Shown here: one piece after another, positions 8,612 through 16,530 of the stretch
Layout: each line of letters begins with the position of its first letter
Numbering within the stretch: position 1 is the first letter of the stretch
NCBI GenBank assembly: GCA_022572725.1
Contig: JACZVJ010000001.1
Location: 907 to 64,906, forward strand
From: Nitrospinota bacterium
GTDB taxonomy: Bacteria > Nitrospirota > Nitrospiria > Nitrospirales > UBA8639
DNA length: 64,000 bases
Reading direction: 5' to 3'
Program-made: the position numbers and the translations under genes
Notes under the pieces: generated by a model
Database searches by the model: none
What the model saw: only the letters and a program-made list of their open reading frames with translations
What the model was told of the DNA's origin: nothing

Positions 8612-9961
8612 GTGAAGGCGGGAATGCCTACCAAGCCATTCCCCGTCGCTTGCGGTGGAGATCTTTATTTGGCCCGAAATTGGGGAGAAGAAAGCGAAAC
8701 CATGGACACCAAGGCTGGACCAACAGAAGAGACAAAGCCATACCCCCTGTTAAGGAACCTTCAATATTCCCCCATCAAACAGGAGGAGGAGCAATACATT
8801 CTGTTATGGGATCCAACGGGGTTGAGCGCGGAAAAATTGATCGTCCCGTTGAACTATTTTTACCTGTTCCAGTTCTTCGATGGGGAACATTCCCTCCAGC
8901 AGATTGGGGGCAAGTATCTGAAAAAATATGGTGAGTTCTTGATGCCTGACCGGCTGAGCCGGTTGGTCGAGGATCTCGAAGACAAGCTTTTCCTGGAAGG
9001 TGAGCGATGTGAGCAGGCGAAGTCTTCCGCCCTTGCTGCCTATCGGGAGGCCCCAGTGCGCCCGGCGGACTTCGCCGGAAAGAGCTATGAGGCGGATTCG
9101 GAGAAGCTTCGGGCCCAGTTGGATGGATTTTTTGGCTCGAAGGAAGGCCCTGGCACCGTGCCGTCACAAAATAAAGGCCAAAAAATTAAAGCCATCGTGG
9201 CCCCCAATTTTGAGCTGAAACAAGCGGGTCCCCTGTATGCTTGGGCTTATAAGGAACTTCGAGAGGCCGAGGCGCCCAGCGTCTTCGTGGTGCTAGGGAC
9301 TTGTCACGCTGGCTTACATGGGGGCATCGCTGTGACTGACAAAGATTTTGAGACTCCCTTCGGGATTGTCCCAGCGAACCGACCAATCCTGGAGTACTTC
9401 AAGCAACATGGGGGTGCCCAGTTTTTTGAGGAAGAGATCCGGCATCAGCACGACCCCAGCATTGAGTTTCAACTTCCGTTTTTGCAACACACCGTTGGAA
9501 GCCTGAAGCCCATGACCATTGTCCCCGTTCTTTGCGCCTTCCCTGTTCTTGCCTTTACCGATCCGGAATTGAAACCTTTGACTGATAGGGTTGAGGCCTT
9601 TGTAGGGATCATGCAGGAAGCTCTGCACGCGTTGGGGCAGGAGGTGTGTGTGGTGGCCAGTGCCAATTTAGCCCATATTGGGTTGCGGTACGGCGATCGA
9701 ACTCCCCCGACGGATTTTTCGTTCCACCGATGTATGCAACATGACCTGGAGATGCTCAAGCACGTGGAGAATCTCGATCCTGAAGCGTTTGCCCAATACC
9801 TCCTGAAGGAGGGCGATAAACGACACGTGTTGGGGTTTTCACCGATTTATCTCATGTTGAAGCTGATTCAAGCGGAAAAAGGGGAAGTCCTTCGGTATGA
9901 CCGAGGCATAATCGATCAATTCAACTCCACGGTTACGTATGCCAGTATGGCGTTCTTTTGA
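8612..9961 (+). CDS. Memo-like (AmmeMemoRadiSam protein B-like) protein with N-terminal PqqD-like domain
   Basis: 449-aa ORF. The C-terminal ~300 aa align by eye to the MEMO1 pattern (AGKSYEADSEKLRAQLDGFF, KAIVAPNFEL, VLGTCHAG, PSIEFQLPF, SANLAHIG). Residues ~42-130 follow the PqqD pattern. The start is uncertain (GTG 8612, ATG 8624 or ATG 8702). Confidence 0.75.
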   Translation: MKAGMPTKPFPVACGGDLYLARNWGEESETMDTKAGPTEETKPYPLLRNLQYSPIKQEEEQYILLWDPTGLSAEKLIVPLNYFYLFQFFDGEHSLQQIGGKYLKKYGEFLMPDRLSRLVEDLEDKLFLEGERCEQAKSSALAAYREAPVRPADFAGKSYEADSEKLRAQLDGFFGSKEGPGTVPSQNKGQKIKAIVAPNFELKQAGPLYAWAYKELREAEAPSVFVVLGTCHAGLHGGIAVTDKDFETPFGIVPANRPILEYFKQHGGAQFFEEEIRHQHDPSIEFQLPFLQHTVGSLKPMTIVPVLCAFPVLAFTDPELKPLTDRVEAFVGIMQEALHALGQEVCVVASANLAHIGLRYGDRTPPTDFSFHRCMQHDLEMLKHVENLDPEAFAQYLLKEGDKRHVLGFSPIYLMLKLIQAEKGEVLRYDRGIIDQFNSTVTYASMAFF

Positions 9962-10025
9962 GAAATGGGTGCGAGTCGGTTTGAAGTTCGGAGGGTCAGG
10001 GGTCGGTCTCGTGGTGGGCCCTTCA

Positions 10026-10194
10026 CTAGGAGGCTGTCCCAGATTAGGTTGATCTACTACGGTTGCGCCGGGTTTGGCCAGATTCTCCGATCCTTTTCGT
10101 TCAATAGACCCCACTATTCGCCTCAAACGATCGAAAAATCTGCCTCAAACCGACACAACCTCGTAACAATCACTAATCTCGGACAGCCTCCTAG
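10026..10194 (+). repeat. 169-bp imperfect-palindrome MITE-like element, copy B
   Basis: Near-identical to copies A and C with the same 17-bp terminal inverted repeats. Confidence 0.9.
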
Positions 10195-10222
10195 CAGTGT
10201 GACATTGTACATTTGAGATTTC

Positions 10223-10753
10223 TTACTCTTCAGTAACCACGACCGTCATTTCCACCGGCTCCAATGGGTTGTCATTTTCATCCCGGGCGAGTGTCACGAT
10301 TTTGTCCACCGTTTCCATCCCCTTGACGACCTTCCCAAAAGCAGAATAGGTCCGGTCCAGGCTACTCTGGTCTTCGACACAAATAAAAAACTGCGATCCG
10401 TTATCTGACACGTCACGGGTGGTATCGACCGTTCGGGGCATTTTCGCCATGGAGACAGTTCCCCGTCGATGTGGATAATCGCTAGGTTCTGGGGGAAGAC
10501 TGAAGCCAGGTCCCCCGGTCCCGTGGAGCTTCCGGTCCGGTTGCTTGCTGAAAGGATCACCCCCTTGGATGATAAAACCCGGAACGACCCGGTGAAAAGT
10601 CGTCCCATTGTAAAATTGCATTTTAGCCAGGTTGATGAAATTTTGGACGTGGCGGGAAGCAAGGTCAGGGAAAAAGCGGATTTCAATATCCCCATATTTG
10701 GTCGAGATAACCGCTTTTGGGTTTTTTTTCTTAAAGGTTAAGGGCGTGGCCAT
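10223..10753 (-). CDS. Peptidyl-prolyl cis-trans isomerase, cyclophilin type
   Basis: 176 aa with FHRVVPGFIIQGGDP, GTVSMAKM and GSQFFIC. Confidence 0.9.
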   Translation of the reverse strand: MATPLTFKKKNPKAVISTKYGDIEIRFFPDLASRHVQNFINLAKMQFYNGTTFHRVVPGFIIQGGDPFSKQPDRKLHGTGGPGFSLPPEPSDYPHRRGTVSMAKMPRTVDTTRDVSDNGSQFFICVEDQSSLDRTYSAFGKVVKGMETVDKIVTLARDENDNPLEPVEMTVVVTEE

Positions 10754-11025
10754 GAGGCGAATGTAACAAGGAAATGTTCAGGCCATCAAGAGCGGTCTGA
10801 GCGGGAGGGATGAGGCGGAAGGCGACTAGGATCCGGCATCAACTGATTCCCACTCCTGTGGATGTTGTTCGTTTTTCGTTACGAGAGAGGGATTCGCGAA
10901 AGACGAACGGCACTCTCCTTACCGCAATCCGTCGCCCGGTCGAATTCTGATCCAGAGGAGACCTTCCAACACGCCACCGATTTGGCGGTTCCTAACGCCC
11001 AGGACCACCCGAACTGCTCAGTCCG

Positions 11026-11566
11026 CTAGGGGGTGAGAGTGGGGGATAAGGTCTCGCCGGGTTTGGCACCCGTGCTCATGAGGTCGGACAAGGTTCCAGC
11101 GTGGGGGTTAGAAAGATCTACCGTAGAGCTCCAAAATGTGTCTACTGTGAGATACAACCAGCCGGCTCCCAAGGACAGAAACAGAATGGCGACCATTGGC
11201 GCCGAAACGTGGGCGCCAACAACAATCGACAGGGAAGCTAATCCCATCCCAAGCAGGTTGCTGAAAAAAGCCTGCGTGGGGGATGCTCGAAGGGAGCAAG
11301 GCGCGAAGAGCGGCTTGTTCCCCAACTCCTATGAGGAATCTCACGAGGATCAAAGATCCCAAAATTCCGATCATGACCCAGGACAAAGGCGGAAAACACC
11401 TGGCCCATCTGGACTTTGATTACACCCAAGGATGGAATTATGTGCCGGGCTGTCTCACTGAAATGTTGACCTGGTCGATGTAGGTCACGATACTGATTCC
11501 CAGGAAAAGGGCCAGAATCAGCCACCGAATGCGAGTGGGTGAGATGTTCTTTGGGGATGAGTCCAT
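11026..11566 (-). pseudogene. Decayed MFS-type transporter remnant (frameshifts and internal deletions)
   Basis: Three frames each carry MFS-like pieces. These are MDSSPKNISPTRIRWLILALFLGISIVTYIDQVNISV (then a stop), IGILGSLILVRFLIGVGEQAA, and SLGAGWLYLTVDTFWSSTVDL..AGTLSDLMSTGA. The total span is far shorter than an intact MFS gene. Confidence 0.6.
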
Positions 11567-11750
11567 AAAGCTCGTGCCAGTGGTCTCACCACTGTAATAA
11601 AGGGGGTCCGGCCTAATTGCTAGGCTCCCTGGGTTAACACCTGTTGTTATTTGGTTGAAACTCTGGGCCGGTCCGTGTTAGATGGGAGCCGCTCGGCGTC
11701 CATTACCCCAAAGGACGTATTGAGGGCCTACCAGAAGAGGAGGGTGAAAG

Positions 11751-12386
11751 ATGGCAGGGACAGCCAAGAAAAAGCCAAAGGCCAAGGAGAAAAAGAGGTC
11801 CGCATCAAGGTCCAAGGTCTCACGAGGGGAAACCGGCAAACCAAAGGCAAGGGCGGAAAAGGTGGTTAAACGTTCACGGCCCAAGAAGGCCCTGAAGGCA
11901 AAAGCAAAGCCCAAGGCGCTGGCCGAGAAGACAGCTTTAAAAAGAGCAGGTAAGGTAAAGGCGAAACCTAAAGTCAAAGCGACCGCCAAGGCTAAAAGAA
12001 AAGCCCAGCCAGTACCCTCTGTCCGAAAAAGTAATGGAAAAGCTCTTGCAGGCACACCTGTTCCAGCCAAAAAGGCTCCACAGGTAAAGCGTCCTGCCGA
12101 GGCCAAAAAAGGTCGTGAAGAGGCAAAACGACCAATGGCTGGGATAGCGGTGGAGCCTCTAGAAGAGAAAGTCAGGGACGTCGAGGAGGACTTGAGCGAG
12201 GATGTAGCGCCGGATGTGTCGGATGACCTTGTGGAAGACTTTGGCGAGGAGGAGGAGGTAGAGGATGTAACTGGTGAGCTTCCTGAGGATCTTACTGAAG
12301 ATCTTTCGGAGGAACTTGGATCGGAGAAATATATTCGTAATTCCGGATCTGACGTCGATGATGACGACCTTCCTCGCACATGGTAA
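11751..12386 (+). CDS. Histone-H1-like Lys/Ala/Pro-rich protein with poly-acidic C-terminal tail
   Basis: 211 aa with a good SD (GGAGGGTGAAAG then ATG). It has KAKAKPKALAEK / KVKAKPKVKATAKAKRKA repeats followed by an EEDLSEDVAPDVSDDLVEDFGEEEEVEDV tail. Confidence 0.65.
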   Translation: MAGTAKKKPKAKEKKRSASRSKVSRGETGKPKARAEKVVKRSRPKKALKAKAKPKALAEKTALKRAGKVKAKPKVKATAKAKRKAQPVPSVRKSNGKALAGTPVPAKKAPQVKRPAEAKKGREEAKRPMAGIAVEPLEEKVRDVEEDLSEDVAPDVSDDLVEDFGEEEEVEDVTGELPEDLTEDLSEELGSEKYIRNSGSDVDDDDLPRTW

Positions 12387-12522
12387 GGGTAACTAAAGTC
12401 AGTGTTTCAGCTATCTTCCTCCGCAAGTCACTTGCCATATGAATGTGGAAACTCAGCAGGCAATGCTGCTGAGGTAAGGACCAGGGATTAGGAGCCTGTC
12501 ACTGGGGTAGAAGGAGGAGACT

Positions 12523-13176
12523 ATGCCTGAACCATCCGGTTTGCCACGGATTGGGGATTCGGCGCCAGATTTCCGGGCGATCACAACCCTTTCGGATGAA
12601 TTCAGTTTTAGTGTGTGGCAGGAGCAAGATTGGGTGGTCCTGTTTTCCCATCCGGCGGACTTTACCCCGGTGTGCACTACGGAGCTGATTGAATTTGCTC
12701 GGCAAGACGATCAGTTTCGAAAAAGAGGGGTGAAGCTCATCGGCATGAGTGTTGATAGTATTCATTCCCACTTAGCCTGGCTTCAAAGCATTAAGCTAAA
12801 AATGGGAGTCACCATTCCCTATCCTGTGATTGCCGACATGGATATGCGGGTATCGCGGCTCTATGGCATGATCCATCCGGGCTCCAGTACCACCGCAACG
12901 GTGAGAGCGGTGTTTGTCATTGATCCCAAGCGGGTGATCCGTGCCTTGATTTACTATCCTATGAACGCCGGGCGGAATGTGGATGAAGTGTTACGGTTGG
13001 TCACTGCGCTCCAGACGGCTGAGAAATATGCCTGTGCCACTCCCGTCAATTGGAAGGAGGGGGACAAGGTCTTGGTCTCGCCCCCGAAGACGGTTGAGGA
13101 GGTCGAAGACCGGCTCCGCCACACCGATCGAGAAATTAAGGATTTCTACCTCACCCTCAAAGATCCTGGTACGTAA
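12523..13176 (+). CDS. 1-Cys (Prx6-type) peroxiredoxin
   Basis: 217 aa with the motif FSHPADFTPVCTTEL, typical of the Prx6 subfamily. SD AGGAGGAG lies upstream. Confidence 0.9.
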   Translation: MPEPSGLPRIGDSAPDFRAITTLSDEFSFSVWQEQDWVVLFSHPADFTPVCTTELIEFARQDDQFRKRGVKLIGMSVDSIHSHLAWLQSIKLKMGVTIPYPVIADMDMRVSRLYGMIHPGSSTTATVRAVFVIDPKRVIRALIYYPMNAGRNVDEVLRLVTALQTAEKYACATPVNWKEGDKVLVSPPKTVEEVEDRLRHTDREIKDFYLTLKDPGT

Positions 13177-13460
13177 GGCAAGTGAGATTCTGTCAATCGG
13201 CTGGACTTGTCAGCCCCCTCCGCAGCATTTCTTTTGGCCCGCCTTGTAATCTGACCCAATTCTTTTAACCCCCAACCTTTGGGAGTCAACCTTTTTTTTG
13301 GTGCATCCCCTCTGTCTCTGGGAAATTGGGGGGCAGGGTTTCTCGAAGTGTTGGGAATCAGCATTCGGAGGCGCGGATCACCCCCTTGGCTATCTCGTTG
13401 ACCAAAAAGAGGAAAAGGTTGAAAAGACAAGTGAATGTCGCCTGAAAGAGATAATATGGG

Positions 13461-14621
13461 GTGGTACAAAAAATGGCTTCGTTTGGTCTGCAAAGAGTTC
13501 GGACCCTGTCGGAGAAACTGTCGAATTACAAGGCATTCAGCCTTCTGAAGGGTTTCCTTCTTATTTGCCTCTGGTTGGGGGCATTGTCTTTGGCTTGGGG
13601 GCCGTGCCGTGTGGAGCAGGAAGGCTCTGATTCTGAAGGGGTTATGGTTCGACATTTAGCCGGTAGATGTAGCCAGGACGATCGAGAAGGACTAGCCATT
13701 TCAGCAGAAACCCTTTTGGAGGCTCTGCAAGCCGGCCAAGGCGTAGACCTGGAAGGGGTTGTCGTGAATGGGGATCTCATGCTGGACCGGCTACCTCTTG
13801 AGCCGGTGAACCTCGAAGACCTCCCTTCACCATTGATACGAGAGGCGTTAACCCGCGAAGGCCTCAAAGAGGTTCGGGTTATCAAGGGGCCCTTGATAAT
13901 CCGCAATGCCGATGTTCGTGGGTCCCTGGCCACAAACTTAATTGCCGGTGAATTCTTGCTTATCAAGGGGCCGGTGATTATGACAGGGACCACCTTTCAA
14001 CGGTCCTTGGATTTTTCTCGGACGGCATTTTATCAACCGATTGATTTTTCAGGCGCGTCCATTCTGCATGAAGGGTTTTTCATTCGGGCGTTGTTCAATG
14101 CCGATGCGGATTTTGAAAAGACCGCCTTCGGGACCCACTCCCGTTTTCATAAAGCCGTGTTTGGGGGGAAAGCCTCGTTTACGGGAGCAGGGTTCAATGG
14201 ATTAGCTGAGTTCTTGGAGGTGACCTTCAAGAAAGACGCCGGATTTTCACGAACGGTATTCAAGATGGGCACAGGGTTTTCCGGGAGTCAGTTCCTACAA
14301 GTTCTTGATTTTTCCGAGGCGACCTTCGAGCGAGAAGCGTTTTTTCGGTTCACCAAATTTGAAGGGGATGCCTATTTCCGCCGAACGACCTTCCAAAACA
14401 CCGCCGATTTCACACAGGCCAAGTTTGGGGGAGTTTCTGACTTTACAAAGGTCCTGTTCCAGGTCCGTCCTCTCGTGACTGGGACCAAGATACCCGCAGG
14501 GGAACGACCGTTGGGTGGGCTTCAGGATTCCCGGGTCCAGGTGGGAATTCTTATTCTCATTTTTGTATTTGTCGTGGTCTTTCTCTTGCTCTTTCGAAGG
14601 AACGAGAGAGAGGGTCAATGA
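13461..14621 (+). CDS. Membrane-anchored pentapeptide-repeat protein
   Basis: 386 aa with N-terminal and C-terminal hydrophobic helices. The centre is a long run of 5-residue repeats with Phe at the central position (DFSRTAF, ADFEKTAFG, ASFTGAGFNGLAEF, ADFTQAKFGGVSDF). Confidence 0.7.
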   Translation: MVQKMASFGLQRVRTLSEKLSNYKAFSLLKGFLLICLWLGALSLAWGPCRVEQEGSDSEGVMVRHLAGRCSQDDREGLAISAETLLEALQAGQGVDLEGVVVNGDLMLDRLPLEPVNLEDLPSPLIREALTREGLKEVRVIKGPLIIRNADVRGSLATNLIAGEFLLIKGPVIMTGTTFQRSLDFSRTAFYQPIDFSGASILHEGFFIRALFNADADFEKTAFGTHSRFHKAVFGGKASFTGAGFNGLAEFLEVTFKKDAGFSRTVFKMGTGFSGSQFLQVLDFSEATFEREAFFRFTKFEGDAYFRRTTFQNTADFTQAKFGGVSDFTKVLFQVRPLVTGTKIPAGERPLGGLQDSRVQVGILILIFVFVVVFLLLFRRNEREGQ

Positions 14622-14728
14622 GGAAGGGTTTCACCACAACATATTGAAGAGTTTATTGATAGTGACCACAAAACATGGTATACGTCTGGTGAAGGGGGGG
14701 TTCCACTTGGGTTTCTGAAATCCCTCAT

Positions 14729-15565
14729 TTGTTGGGCGAAAGAGATATGGAACACGTTGAACCGGCTTATCAGGTCAAGTTGGAAGCCTTCACCGGCCCG
14801 CTTGACTTGCTTCTTCACTTAATCCGGAAAAATGAGATCAATATTTATGATATTCCTGTTGCATTGATCGCTCGGCAATTTTTGGAGTACCTGACCTTGA
14901 TAAAGAACATGAACCTGTCATTTGCAGGAGAATTTCTCGTCATGGCGGCAACGTTACTGCAAATTAAATCCCGCATGCTCATTCCCAAGGAGGAAGAGTT
15001 TGGTGAGGGTGAGGAGGAAGAGATCGAGGATCCTCGAAGTGAGCTGGTACGTCGTCTCGTAGAATATCAGCAATACAAGGAAGCTGCTGGCCGGCTGTCG
15101 GAACAAGAAAGGGTATGGCAGGAGATGTTTCATCGCGAGCCGGTCCAGGAGCTAAAGGAACCGGTACGGGATGTGCTTTGGGATGATGTAAGCCTGTTCG
15201 ACCTGCTTGATGCTCTTCAAGAGGTCTTGACTCGGACGGAGTCCCAATCGTTCGTCAATATCACGCCTGATTCTCTGACTGTGCAGGACCGAATCAATGC
15301 CATTGTTGAGCGTCTGGAGCAGGATTCCACAGTCACCTTTGCTACCCTTTTTGAAGATGTGGCCACCAAGCTTTGGGTCATCGTCACATTTCTAGCGCTG
15401 CTTGAATTGGTTCGGATGAGAATGGTCCGGATTTATCAAGGTGATTTGTTCGGTCCCATTCGGATCACTCGGACTTTCTTGGCCGGGCAAGGCGAAGAGG
15501 GTCTGGATCGGCAAAATGGTCATGGGGGTAAAGGCTCGACTAACAATGGAGGTGTTGATGCTTAA
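14729..15565 (+). CDS. scpA: Segregation and condensation protein A
   Basis: 278 aa with FTGPLDLLLHLIRKNEINIYDIPVALIARQFLEYL. Confidence 0.9.
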   Translation: MLGERDMEHVEPAYQVKLEAFTGPLDLLLHLIRKNEINIYDIPVALIARQFLEYLTLIKNMNLSFAGEFLVMAATLLQIKSRMLIPKEEEFGEGEEEEIEDPRSELVRRLVEYQQYKEAAGRLSEQERVWQEMFHREPVQELKEPVRDVLWDDVSLFDLLDALQEVLTRTESQSFVNITPDSLTVQDRINAIVERLEQDSTVTFATLFEDVATKLWVIVTFLALLELVRMRMVRIYQGDLFGPIRITRTFLAGQGEEGLDRQNGHGGKGSTNNGGVDA

Positions 15566-16358
15566 GGATTCTCCTGAAAACGGTCTCCTCATCCAGGAAG
15601 TCCCGGAAGGTATGGAGGTTACGAAAGAGATGGGCTTGTGTCCGGATCAAAACGGTGTGGTGACAGATTTACCCGTTTCCGATAATCCACCAGCTGGAGT
15701 GTTAGATGAGGGTCAACTCAAAGGCGTGTTGGAAGCTCTTCTGTATGTGTCCCACGAGCCTCTGATATTGGACAAACTGACCACGGTGATAGAGGGGACA
15801 CCCAAATTAGTGGTCCACATCGCCATGCGTGCTCTTCAACAGGATTATGATCAAGAAGGGCGTGGGCTTAGAATCGCCGAAGTGGCCGGTGGCTATATCA
15901 TGGTGACGCGGCCGGACTGTGCGCCGTGGATCACACGGTTGCAGAAAGTGAAGGCCTCTTCCAAAGTCTCTCGGTCAGCTTTGGAAACCTTAGCCATGAT
16001 CGCCTATAAGCAGCCGATTGTCCGGGCAGAAATCGAACAAATCCGTGGGGTGGAGTCTGCCGGGGTTCTCCGGACCTTGCTCGACCAAAAGTTAATCCGG
16101 ATTGTCGGTCGGAAAGACCTCCCCGGGCGGCCCATGATGTACGGTACCAGCAGAACCTTTCTTCAGCGGTTTGGGTTGCGTGACCTTCGAGACCTACCCC
16201 GCCTTCGAGAGTTCAAAGACCTGGTTCAGGCTGAAGGACTAGACCTTTTTGATCGGACATCTACTCCGGAACAGGGTCATGGGCTTTTGGGTGAGGACGT
16301 GGGCCAAGCCGGTCAAGAAGATTCTGGCCTTGGAATCGGCACCGCTCATCATCTCTAG
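15558..16358 (+). CDS. scpB: Segregation and condensation protein B
   Basis: ScpB winged-helix core (LKGVLEALLYVSHEPL, SRSALETLAMIAYKQPI, RAEIEQIRGV). I chose ATG 15558 (GGAGG 5 nt upstream, ATGCTTAA overlap with the scpA stop) over the longest ORF start at 15441. Confidence 0.85.
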   Translation: MLKDSPENGLLIQEVPEGMEVTKEMGLCPDQNGVVTDLPVSDNPPAGVLDEGQLKGVLEALLYVSHEPLILDKLTTVIEGTPKLVVHIAMRALQQDYDQEGRGLRIAEVAGGYIMVTRPDCAPWITRLQKVKASSKVSRSALETLAMIAYKQPIVRAEIEQIRGVESAGVLRTLLDQKLIRIVGRKDLPGRPMMYGTSRTFLQRFGLRDLRDLPRLREFKDLVQAEGLDLFDRTSTPEQGHGLLGEDVGQAGQEDSGLGIGTAHHL

Positions 16359-16367
16359 TGCGGCGTG

Positions 16368-16391
16368 GTCGGGTTGAGGAGACCCGACTTT
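16368..16391 (+). terminator. Possible intrinsic terminator after scpB
   Basis: GTCGGGT-loop-ACCCGAC stem followed by TTT. The T-run is short. Confidence 0.35.
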
Positions 16392-16530
16392 GGGCTTTGC
16401 TGCTCTCAATGGCTCTTTTCTCTCTCCGCGAAAGACTTTCAGTTGCGGGTTCCCGCTGACCTCAAATTACGACCCCTCTTGTTCACTCGCCTTTCCTAAC
16501 CTAGAATACCTTTAAAGGTTTGGAAATTCT

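Noticed and set aside
8017-8634. ORFs 8003-8227, 8017-8349 (+) and 8290-8634 (-) in the long gap before the Memo-like gene
   Set aside because: They are Arg/Ser/Pro-rich low-complexity translations with no family resemblance, and they overlap obvious hairpins. I treated the stretch as non-coding (see finding).
11678-12379. 233-aa ORF antisense to the H1-like gene
   Set aside because: It has an extreme Ser/Phe/Leu-rich composition, which is what the reverse complement of a Lys/Glu/Ala-rich gene produces. It has no SD, whereas the plus-strand ORF has a strong one.
13146-13655. 169-aa minus-strand ORF between the peroxiredoxin and pentapeptide genes
   Set aside because: The translation is Arg/Pro/Ser-rich and overlaps both neighbouring genes' ends. 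No motif is recognisable.
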